From: Acaryochloris marina S15
GTDB lineage: Bacteria > Cyanobacteriota > Cyanobacteriia > Thermosynechococcales > Thermosynechococcaceae
DNA length: 32,000 bases
Assembly (NCBI RefSeq): GCF_018336915.1
Contig: NZ_CP064924.1
Location: 90,001-122,000 of the forward strand
Reading direction: 5' to 3'
Each line of letters begins with the position of its first letter. The first letter of the stretch is position 1. The translations under genes were made by a program, and so were the position numbers. The notes under the pieces are model-generated. The model saw only the letters and a list, made by a program, of their open reading frames with translations, made no database searches and had not been told where the DNA came from. Of this stretch, positions 9,628 through 17,772 are shown one piece after another.

Positions 9628-10260
9628 TTATCCTGTCGTTTGAAGACATGGGATGTAAGAATCTAGCGATCTGTTCATCTCGTTCCCTATAGCGATGTCG
9701 GGCAAAAGATGAGTGATGCTTCTATTGAGACTCAGACTGCCATGATGATTGGACGTTGATGGAGGGGGAATCGTTCTTTCAATGTCATCTTGATGAATGA
9801 GCCAAAGCCGTCCTTCTTGATATGCTGTTGGCAGCATCTTTTGTAAAACTTTGCAGGAATTATCATCTTCGTTGTGCAACCAGAGGTAATCCAAAACCTT
9901 CCCAGTTTTGGCATTGAAACGATAATCAACCAGATGTCCCACATTCTTCCCAGAACAGTCTCGGATTGGATCGCCAAGTTGATAGTCCACTGAAAGTGTA
10001 GGTTGAACTACAAATAAAGAATCATCAGAAACGGTCACCCAAATCCCTATTTCGTCAACAGCTTCCACATCTTCCCAAGGAAGAGATTGCAAGGTTTTAT
10101 CCCAGTGCCATGAGCGATAAGTAAGTCCAAATACTTGGTGTTGATCTTTATCAAGCCAAATTTGTTCTACCCGGCCTAGAACTTTGCCGGTTTCAGCATC
10201 TAAGACCGAGTAGTTTAGAAGGGATTTGAAAAATACAACTTGGATAGAAGACAAAACCAT
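9628..10260 (-). CDS. PRC-barrel-like domain protein (two repeats)
   Basis: 210 aa with a GGAGGAG Shine-Dalgarno just upstream. Two segments fit the PRC-barrel pattern: LLNYSVLDAETGKVLGRVEQIWLD and LGDPIRDCSGKNVGHLVDYRFNAKTGKVLDYLWL. The family call is by pattern resemblance. Confidence 0.55.
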   Translation of the reverse strand: MVLSSIQVVFFKSLLNYSVLDAETGKVLGRVEQIWLDKDQHQVFGLTYRSWHWDKTLQSLPWEDVEAVDEIGIWVTVSDDSLFVVQPTLSVDYQLGDPIRDCSGKNVGHLVDYRFNAKTGKVLDYLWLHNEDDNSCKVLQKMLPTAYQEGRLWLIHQDDIERTIPPPSTSNHHGSLSLNRSITHLLPDIAIGNEMNRSLDSYIPCLQTTG

Positions 10261-10334
10261 AGTTCTCCTCCATTAGGAGCAAATAAAGCAGAATAATCTA
10301 ATAGAAGAATTTTTCGACTCGATTGATCTAATTA

Positions 10335-10460
10335 TTAAGAGGTAGATCGATGGCTATAGACTAGGATGGCTTGACAAGAAATACGGATCAATAGAGTAAT
10401 CGAAACCCATTCAGCAATGACCAAACACAGCAAACCAATTGCTAAAAACCAAAGACTCAT
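10335..10460 (-). CDS. Possible 41-aa hydrophobic peptide (below the ORF-track cutoff)
   Basis: Manual translation gives MSLWFLAIGLLCLVIAEWVSITLLIRISCQAILVYSHRSTS*. An AAGGA lies 2 nt upstream of the ATG (taAGGAtcATG). It sits between the kinase and the PRC-barrel gene on the same strand. There is no homology support. Confidence 0.3.
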   Translation of the reverse strand: MSLWFLAIGLLCLVIAEWVSITLLIRISCQAILVYSHRSTS

Positions 10461-10639
10461 GATCCTTAGAAGGTTAAAACCCACCGGAGGTTGAATATAA
10501 TCGGCCTATGTCTAATAAAGACGTTGGAAGATGTGATTTGAGAGAACTTCAAGATCGGTTGTAATAATGCAGTATTCCTATTTAATTTCAAAGCTTGTTT
10601 AAACACATCCATCCTATGTCTTTAAATCAAGATTGCAAC

Positions 10640-11773
10640 TCATCCATTTGGACTAGTCCGCAAGGGTAGTCGTACAGTCATATTCGTTCCTTGATCCACT
10701 GCACTACTAACTTCAATATGTCCGTTGTGGAGTTCTACACATTGTTTGACAATTGCAAGTCCTAGACCGCTTCCCGGTAATCGTCCAACATTGGCTGCTC
10801 GATAAAATGGTTCAAATAGATGTTGTTGATCCTCCCAGGGAATCCCAATCCCTGAATCTTGGACTTGAAATTCAATCTGGCTTTCAAGGTAGGCAAGTCG
10901 TAACTGGACCTCATCCCCATCAGGTGAGTACTTGATCGCATTCGTCAGTAAGTTTCCCAAAATGTATCGTAATAATTTTTGATCTATGACTAGAGACTGC
11001 GATGTATCACAGGCATTTTTTACCTCAAATTCAAGGCGACAAGACTGAGTCGAACTGTATTTAACTTCCTCAATCAAGCGACGGCAAAATAGCTCTAAGT
11101 CTAGAGCTTCGGGTTCATAGGTGAGCTTACCTACCCCCACTCGACCCATCACTAACACATCATCCACTAATGAAGTTAGTCGCTTCAAAGAGTCTCGTAT
11201 ATGTTGGAAAAAATCCTGCGTTTTCTCTGTTGAGAGAGTGTTGCCCCGACCTTCCAGTAACTGGATATATCCAGAAATAGCGCCCAAGGGATTACGAAAT
11301 TCATGGGACACCATAGAAACAAACTGTGATTTAAGCCGATTTAGCTCTTGTAGCTCTTCATTGGCTTGCCGCAATTGAGCATTGGCCTGTTGTAGCTCTA
11401 TAGAGAACTGTCGAGTCCGTAAAAGAGTCTCCACTCGTACTTGGAGTGCGGCGATCTCAATAGGAGCAGTGACAATTTCTTCAATTACCTGCCAATACTG
11501 AGGTTTAATCGTGCTAACTTTTCCTTGGCCTACTATCAGCAGCACAGGTAAAAGTACGGGTTGTTGGGCTGATCTGAAATCCGCAATGGGTTGCCAAAGT
11601 TGTTCGAGCATTTGACCATCAACAATACATAGATCAAAGAACTCTTGCAGTAATTCATGGGACGAGTGCTTCTCTTCAGATGATACCGAGATAACTTCAT
11701 GCCGTTCAGATAACTTCTCTGAGACGAATTTACTATTGGCAGATCTAGCAAATAACAATAAGATTCGAGCCAT
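10640..11773 (-). CDS. Histidine kinase with an N-terminal pseudo-receiver domain (PsR-coiled coil-HisKA-HATPase)
   Basis: 377 aa. H-box SHEFRNPL, N-box LGNLLTNAIKYS, G1 VQDSGIGI, G2 GSGLGLAIV. The N-terminal 120 aa or so have a receiver-like beta/alpha pattern (ILLLFARS..., DLCIVDGQM, LLIVGQG) but lack the DD acidic pair and the conserved Lys. Confidence 0.88.
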   Translation of the reverse strand: MARILLLFARSANSKFVSEKLSERHEVISVSSEEKHSSHELLQEFFDLCIVDGQMLEQLWQPIADFRSAQQPVLLPVLLIVGQGKVSTIKPQYWQVIEEIVTAPIEIAALQVRVETLLRTRQFSIELQQANAQLRQANEELQELNRLKSQFVSMVSHEFRNPLGAISGYIQLLEGRGNTLSTEKTQDFFQHIRDSLKRLTSLVDDVLVMGRVGVGKLTYEPEALDLELFCRRLIEEVKYSSTQSCRLEFEVKNACDTSQSLVIDQKLLRYILGNLLTNAIKYSPDGDEVQLRLAYLESQIEFQVQDSGIGIPWEDQQHLFEPFYRAANVGRLPGSGLGLAIVKQCVELHNGHIEVSSAVDQGTNMTVRLPLRTSPNG

Positions 11774-11882
11774 TGATTTACTGGGAAGATGTCCTAGATG
11801 ATTTATTGGTTACTAAGGAATAGAGTGATAGACCTCTCAATCGTTATACTTCTCTAGTGCCATCATCTCGCAAATACACATT

Positions 11883-13382
11883 TTGAGTAGTCCTGTGACC
11901 AAAAGTTCTAAGAAGAAACAGACTAGTAAAACGCGGTTATCAACAGGGATATCTGGCCTAGATGAAATTCTCAATGGTGGACTCATAGCTAATCGGGCTT
12001 ATTTAGTGCGCGGGGGGCCAGGGACAGGTAAAACGACTTTAGGACTGCACTACTTAACCCACCAGCTGCCCAAGGGGAAATCATCCCTGCTCATCTGTTT
12101 TGGTGAACCGGGTCACCAAATCCTAGAAACTGGATCTGACATGGACTTAGATCTAGAGTCCGTCAGTTGTCTGGATCTCAGTCCTGACTCAGCTTTTTTT
12201 ACGGAGTCACAAACCTACGATTTTTTTAGCCCTGCTGAAGTGGAAAAAGATCCGATCACCCAGAAAATTGTGGATCAAGTGACGAAGTTGAAGCCAGACC
12301 GAATCTTTGTCGATTCGATGACGCAATTTCGCTACATCACTGCAGATACCTTTCAGTTTCGCAAGCAAGTATTAGCGTTTATCCGCTTTATTCTTGGCCA
12401 AGGTGCAACGGTCGTTTTTACATCAGAATGCAGTCCAGAAGAACCTGATTATGATCTGCAGTTCATGAGTGATGGGGTGATTAACTTGGGAATTACACCT
12501 ACACGGCGTACTGTTGGCATCTCCAAATTCCGCAGCTCAGGATTTCAAGCAGGAAATCACTCTCTGCGGCTTGGCCCCAAAGGCATGTCTGTCTTTCCCA
12601 AGTTATTACCTGAAGCTTACAAACGTAATTTTCAACCTGAACCCCTCCCATCAGGCATTCCCGCCCTCGACAAAATGCTCCGAGGTGGCATTGAACGAGG
12701 CATGGTGACGCTATTTAGAGGGCCGAGTGGGGTAGGCAAAACCACTATTGGTCTTCAGTTCATGAAGGAAGCAGCAAGCCGTATGGAACGGTCTGTCGTC
12801 TTTACTTTTGAAGAAGATGTAGAAATTATTCTTCGACGTTCAGAAAAGCTAAAAATCCCAGCACGGGTGATGACGGAGGAAGGGTCTTTAGCTATTGTCA
12901 AAATTGAGCCCTTGCAATACACTCCCGATGAGTTTTCCAGTATTGTTCGCCATGAGGTTGAGGAGAATCATATACGTATTGTCATGATTGATAGCATCTC
13001 GGGCTATAACCTCTCCATGCAAGGAGAAGATTTTCTATCTCACCTACATGCATTGTGTAAATATCTAGCCAATATGGGGGTTGCAGTAATCCTCATCAAT
13101 GAAACGGCATTATTAGATGAAGATGATAAAGGAACTGCTGATAGTTTCACTTATCTAGCCGATAATCTAATCTTGCTGAGATATGTCGATCGTCATGAAG
13201 ATGGCAAGGTCGAACTACGAAAGAGCATTGGTGTCATCAAAAAGCGGTTAAGTGATTTTGAAAAAACCTTAAGGGAACTGAAGATAACACAGTACGGTGT
13301 GGAAGTGGGTCCACCCCTGACGGGACTTCAAGGAATTTTTGATGGCGATATCATCAAGTCTGAAGATGACGATGATGTTTGA
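11883..13382 (+). CDS. KaiC-like double RecA/KaiC-domain ATPase
   Basis: 499 aa. There are two KaiC-type domains, each with Walker A (GGPGTGKTTLG; GPSGVGKTTIG) and Walker B (RIFVDSMT; IVMIDSIS). The C-terminal block TADSFTYLADNLILLRYVD aligns with the KaiC phosphosite region. The start is ambiguous (TTG 11883 or GTG 11895). Confidence 0.88.
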   Translation: MSSPVTKSSKKKQTSKTRLSTGISGLDEILNGGLIANRAYLVRGGPGTGKTTLGLHYLTHQLPKGKSSLLICFGEPGHQILETGSDMDLDLESVSCLDLSPDSAFFTESQTYDFFSPAEVEKDPITQKIVDQVTKLKPDRIFVDSMTQFRYITADTFQFRKQVLAFIRFILGQGATVVFTSECSPEEPDYDLQFMSDGVINLGITPTRRTVGISKFRSSGFQAGNHSLRLGPKGMSVFPKLLPEAYKRNFQPEPLPSGIPALDKMLRGGIERGMVTLFRGPSGVGKTTIGLQFMKEAASRMERSVVFTFEEDVEIILRRSEKLKIPARVMTEEGSLAIVKIEPLQYTPDEFSSIVRHEVEENHIRIVMIDSISGYNLSMQGEDFLSHLHALCKYLANMGVAVILINETALLDEDDKGTADSFTYLADNLILLRYVDRHEDGKVELRKSIGVIKKRLSDFEKTLRELKITQYGVEVGPPLTGLQGIFDGDIIKSEDDDDV

Positions 13383-14489
13383 TTAGGCAGGAATACGGAC
13401 CTTAAAACTGCTGCCTTTCCCCACTTGAGATTGCAACTCCACCGTACCTTGATGGGCCGCGACGATTTGACGGACTAGGTTCAGTCCCAACCCATTTCCC
13501 GAACAGCGATGATTACCTTGGAACTCCCGTTCAAAAACGATGGGCTGCTCGTCAGGAGAGATGCCACAGCCAGTATCTTCCACTCTCATTATTAGAGAAT
13601 TGTCTTGTTTTTCCAATTGAATCTGGATGGAACCTGTATCGGTAAATTTAATTGAATTACCCACGAGATTCGTAATGACTCTTCTTAGCTCTAACCGTGC
13701 ACCTGATAGATGAAAATCATGATTCAAATTGGTGTTGGACTTGGTCACTATCTTTAACTCAAGTCCCTTCTCTTCAGCCAGTGGTCTCAGTTCTTCAATC
13801 ACTGACTCCGTTAGTTGTTTTACATCGAAGGTCGTATAAGCTAAAGCTTTTTGGCCCGCTTCATATTTATAAATTTCAAGTAATGTATTGGTCATTTGCA
13901 ACAGATCAGAATTGCTGTCTTTCATGGTGGCAATCACTTTCTGGCAAGGATCCGGGATGGTTCCATATTTCCCACGCTCCACTAAGGTAAACATCCGATC
14001 TGCAGCCACGAGAGGAATACGTAAATCATGAGTAAGGCGATAGACAAACTCTTCCCTCATTACTGTCATTTGTTCTCGCTCATCAATACTATGTTTCAGA
14101 CGCAACAGGGAGCGAACCCGAGCCAACAACTCCGTAATCTCAACGGGTTTTTTAATGAAATCATCGGCCCCTGCATCAAGTCCTTCCACTACATCCGATT
14201 GCTCTTGGGCGGTGATCAGCAATATCGGGATAAAGGGCAAGTCTTTTTGCTTGCGAATCTGTCGAGTTAGCTCTGTACCATTCATTCCCGGCATCATGAC
14301 GTCCGATAAGACTAAATGAGGCAATGACATTTGAAACTGTTCGAGGGCGACTTGGCCATTCTCGGCTAAGCTCACCTGATAACCCTCCGTTTCTAGAACG
14401 GCTTGAATAAAGCAAAGATTTTCATAAGCATCATCAACCACTAAGATATGGACTTGTTGATCAACTGGATAGGGAGAAGTGACGTTCAT
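13383..14489 (-). CDS. Hybrid response-regulator/histidine kinase (REC-HisKA-HATPase)
   Basis: 368 aa. The receiver is canonical (VVDDAYEN, LVLSDVMMPGMNG, LLITA, FIKKP). H-box THDLRIPL, N-box ITNLVGNSIKFT, G1 VEDTGCGI, G2 GNGLGLNLV. A GAGG Shine-Dalgarno lies upstream. Its stop codon abuts the KaiC-like stop codon. Confidence 0.9.
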   Translation of the reverse strand: MNVTSPYPVDQQVHILVVDDAYENLCFIQAVLETEGYQVSLAENGQVALEQFQMSLPHLVLSDVMMPGMNGTELTRQIRKQKDLPFIPILLITAQEQSDVVEGLDAGADDFIKKPVEITELLARVRSLLRLKHSIDEREQMTVMREEFVYRLTHDLRIPLVAADRMFTLVERGKYGTIPDPCQKVIATMKDSNSDLLQMTNTLLEIYKYEAGQKALAYTTFDVKQLTESVIEELRPLAEEKGLELKIVTKSNTNLNHDFHLSGARLELRRVITNLVGNSIKFTDTGSIQIQLEKQDNSLIMRVEDTGCGISPDEQPIVFEREFQGNHRCSGNGLGLNLVRQIVAAHQGTVELQSQVGKGSSFKVRIPA

Positions 14490-14624
14490 AGGGGTGCCTC
14501 AGCAAGCTATAGTCTTGATTCTCTAAGGGATGTGGCATACTGAATGAAAGTTCCACTAGTGTATCCGACAACCTTCAGTATCCGCGTCGTCCTATTGGAC
14601 TAATCTCTATAGACATAATGGTTC

Positions 14625-15356
14625 ATGAATATCATCCGCATCGTAATTATTGAAGACCATACCCTTACCAGAATGGGATTGCTGGGAGCATTGGAGGAGC
14701 AAGATAATTTTGAAGTTGTAGGGGAAGCAGCTACGGGTAGTGAGGGATTAAAGCTGCTAGAAGACATACAGCCAGATGTCGCTATTGTCGATATTGGACT
14801 GCCTGATTTTGATGGCATTGAACTAGTTCAGCGATTTAGAAAAGTGCAATCAGAGGGTGAAGGTGCAGCCACCAAGGTCCTTATTTTGACAATGCACCAT
14901 CAGGAAGTTGAAGTACTGGCTGCATTTGCGGCTGGCGCAGATTCCTACTGTGTAAAAGATACTGATATTGAGCTATTGGTTGAGGCCGTGAGTACTACTG
15001 CTGAAGGGCATTCATGGATCGATCCTGCAATTGCCAGCATTGTGCTTGAGCAGGCTCGCAAAGGGCATTTAGAAGGCACTACGACCACAAATTATAAAGG
15101 TGAATTAGATGCTGTCACCATTCATGGTTTAGATCCTGACAAAGCTCAACTTCTTCAAACTTCGCCCTTGACGGAGAGAGAGCTAGAAGTTCTTGAACTA
15201 ATTGTGGGAGGACATAGCAATACTGCGATCTCAGAATCCCTATTTATGAGTATGGGTACGGTGAAAACTCACGTTCGCAATATCTTAAGTAAACTCTGTG
15301 CAAGCGATCGGACAGAGGCAGCTGTTAGAGCCCTTCGAGCTGGTTTGGTTAAATAA
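14625..15356 (+). CDS. NarL/FixJ (LuxR-type HTH) response regulator
   Basis: 243 aa. The receiver shows IIEDH, VAIVDIGLPDFDG, LILTMH and YCVKD. The C-terminal LuxR HTH is LTERELEVLELIVGGHSNTAISESLFMSMGTVKTHVRNILSKL. The linker is unusually long, about 55 aa. Confidence 0.92.
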   Translation: MNIIRIVIIEDHTLTRMGLLGALEEQDNFEVVGEAATGSEGLKLLEDIQPDVAIVDIGLPDFDGIELVQRFRKVQSEGEGAATKVLILTMHHQEVEVLAAFAAGADSYCVKDTDIELLVEAVSTTAEGHSWIDPAIASIVLEQARKGHLEGTTTTNYKGELDAVTIHGLDPDKAQLLQTSPLTERELEVLELIVGGHSNTAISESLFMSMGTVKTHVRNILSKLCASDRTEAAVRALRAGLVK

Positions 15357-15555
15357 ATCCTCTTGGAGCTTAGACATTTACTGGAGCTAGGCGGAAGGGG
15401 TGTCGGCCTAAACGTTTTGCTTTTTGAACACGTTCATGATTTATAGAATCAAATGAACCAAATTTCTAGGTTTCATAAAATTGCTACAGATTATTTACGC
15501 TTTCAGTCTGTTTTGCTATTAAGTTTCTATCTCAGTCTATGGATTCGTAATCACA

Positions 15556-16665
15556 TCAAACCGGCTCAACATAGCTCAGGAGTAGCTGAATCATACCTGA
15601 GATCGCCGATAAGGATGCCGTTTCAGTCGCCGTATGGTACTCCGTCGTCGGAATCTGCAGCGTTGTCCCATTAATCGCCCCATCAGTTGCCGAAACTACT
15701 CGTCCCAATTCAGTCCGACCCAGGGGATAGGGCTTTTCACGAGTCTCATTCTGGATCGCAATATATTCATCTTTAAACCCATAGGACAGCCCGAACTCTT
15801 CACAGCGCTTCACTAATTCTTGAGTCATGGTTGGGGAAAATGGGCCATTAGCATCTTTATGGCGCAACGTAATCTGCTGAGCATCTGCATCTTCACGGGT
15901 GGCATAGGGACTGGTATCGAGGACTATCAGTCGCTGGGTGGTCAGACACTGTCGTTGAAACCAGGACAACGTATACCGCCAACTGCGTCCAGTCTCCTCT
16001 TGGGCGGTGAATAGCCCAGTCCCTTGAAACCCCTGTCGGAACAGATAGATCAACATTGCAGCACTGACAACGTTATCCAGTTGGGCCGAAATTAGTCCAT
16101 CTTCAATCTGTAGCCGATCCAAAAAAGAAACAGGCGTTCCTGGCTGGAGAAAATCCAGTCCATCCACTTCAAAAATCAGGTTATTCCGTTCTGGGCAAAT
16201 GTAGGAGTGCGTAATTTCGCCTTGGCCTAAATAGGTGCCAGTATAGGGAAAATGAGCCTGCACCCGCTGTCCTTGAAAGCGATCTTCAATGGTGTGAAGT
16301 AAATGCTCGGATGCAGAGTCTCCCATGTTCTCACCCTGGTTCCCAGCAATGAAGGCTGCATATTGAAACTCATTCGGTCCAGTACAAAGGAGTCCATGAC
16401 GATCGATATGGGCAGAAAAGAATAAGCTATGGGGTCGATTTCCCTGGGCAACCAATACGCCATGATAGTGCTGTACCTCAATCCCGATTTCTTCTAATTC
16501 ACGTCGCAAGACCCGGAAAAAAGAGTCTTCGTTACCAACCACTGAAGGTTCTCGAATCAGTGGCTTCAGGATATCTAAGAACTGACTAACCTCCGGGTAA
16601 GTATATCCTGCAGTCGCCACTGGCATCAATACATCCTTCCGACCTAACAAATCTAGATATTCCAT
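15556..16665 (-). CDS. M42-family (TET/glutamyl-aminopeptidase-like) metallopeptidase
   Basis: The track ORF starts at TTG 16698, but the ATG at 16665 (MEYLDLL...) is preceded by AGGAG with 7-nt spacing, so I prefer it. Putative metal ligands occur in M42 order: SAHIDRHG, LDNVVSAA, AQEETGR, VLDTSP, TEYHTATE. Confidence 0.7.
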   Translation of the reverse strand: MEYLDLLGRKDVLMPVATAGYTYPEVSQFLDILKPLIREPSVVGNEDSFFRVLRRELEEIGIEVQHYHGVLVAQGNRPHSLFFSAHIDRHGLLCTGPNEFQYAAFIAGNQGENMGDSASEHLLHTIEDRFQGQRVQAHFPYTGTYLGQGEITHSYICPERNNLIFEVDGLDFLQPGTPVSFLDRLQIEDGLISAQLDNVVSAAMLIYLFRQGFQGTGLFTAQEETGRSWRYTLSWFQRQCLTTQRLIVLDTSPYATREDADAQQITLRHKDANGPFSPTMTQELVKRCEEFGLSYGFKDEYIAIQNETREKPYPLGRTELGRVVSATDGAINGTTLQIPTTEYHTATETASLSAISGMIQLLLSYVEPV

Positions 16666-17237
16666 ATCAAAGCTCCTGGTGAACAACAGCAACATCAATG
16701 GTTAGTGGCAGTGGATAGTTCATAAACTAGTGGGGCAGATGATATCCCTAACTGAAATGCTGGAGATGGGTGCAAGTGAAGTAGAATCTTGATCCAATAA
16801 TAGTAATATTTATCATTGTGCTTTGTGTCGCTGCTAGCACCTTTTCTGCTTCTGTAAAATCGTCTCGGGATAATCAGGGCACCTGATCTATTAACAAGAC
16901 ACACATCTAAAGCCTTTATTAGTTAGGAGTTCTAAAACGCTCAGTAGGCTTGAACAATATCCCATCTCCATTCCCGGTGTGGTCTGCTTACTGAGGCCCC
17001 AATGTGGTCTAACCAAGTGATGAATAAGGCGTTGTATATCTAGCACTCCCTGAAACACTGATTGGGCCAGGAACTTCTGTTCCCATCGGTTTTTGCCAAC
17101 TCAACAAAGGCAGCAACCCTCAACTGGCATTTGAATGACATTTAAATGAAATAGCTTTGACACATAGTTTCGTTAAAGTCATTCGTATAAATGAAAGTGT
17201 CAGCTACTTGATAACTCATCATAATTGATACTTTCCT

Positions 17238-17507
17238 ATGAAGAGTACAAAAAAGAGAGTTATGATACCTCACCCTGATCTACCCATAAACGGTACTCCC
17301 CTCAAATATAAACCCCTTAGCGTAACAAAATGTGACTTATCAATAGCAACTTTCGCTCAGCATCGCCTCACTGGACAGTGGTATGACTTGACAGCTCACA
17401 AGAGGGCTCTTGACCTATCCTATAACTTTGCCTTCTATAAACGCGGCCTCAAGCAAAAATCACACATACAATCCCTAAGTACACCTAGCAAACTATCGGA
17501 GATTTGA
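17238..17507 (+). CDS. Hypothetical protein (weak)
   Basis: 89-aa ORF alone in an AT-rich 1.07-kb gap. It has no recognisable motifs and no clear ribosome-binding site. Confidence 0.25.
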   Translation: MKSTKKRVMIPHPDLPINGTPLKYKPLSVTKCDLSIATFAQHRLTGQWYDLTAHKRALDLSYNFAFYKRGLKQKSHIQSLSTPSKLSEI

Positions 17508-17772
17508 CTTTTTTCGAGGGAGATAGAAAGGCAAAGTTCAACTACCAAATATATGAGGCAACACTTTTTGAACAAATAAATCTCAAAAACCTTTTTCTGA
17601 ACAATGCTTTGAAGTAATTTCAATATTTCAAAAGTGTTGCCCTTACGTAGGTGTGAAGTCCAGCCTGGGGTATGCCCTCAACATTGCATAGTCAAATCTT
17701 ATGATACTCTCCAACCGCAAAGAACGACTAACAAAGGAAATATACCTGATTTAAACTTTGGAGAAGTTCTCT

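Noticed and set aside
9732-9977. Minus-strand 81-aa ORF nested in an alternative frame of the PRC-barrel gene.
   Set aside because: It is fully contained in a longer ORF that has an upstream GGAGGAG ribosome-binding site, and it has no independent support.
15453-15816. Plus-strand ORFs 15453..15674 and 15634..15816.
   Set aside because: They overlap the 3' end of the M42 peptidase gene in antisense and have no supporting features.
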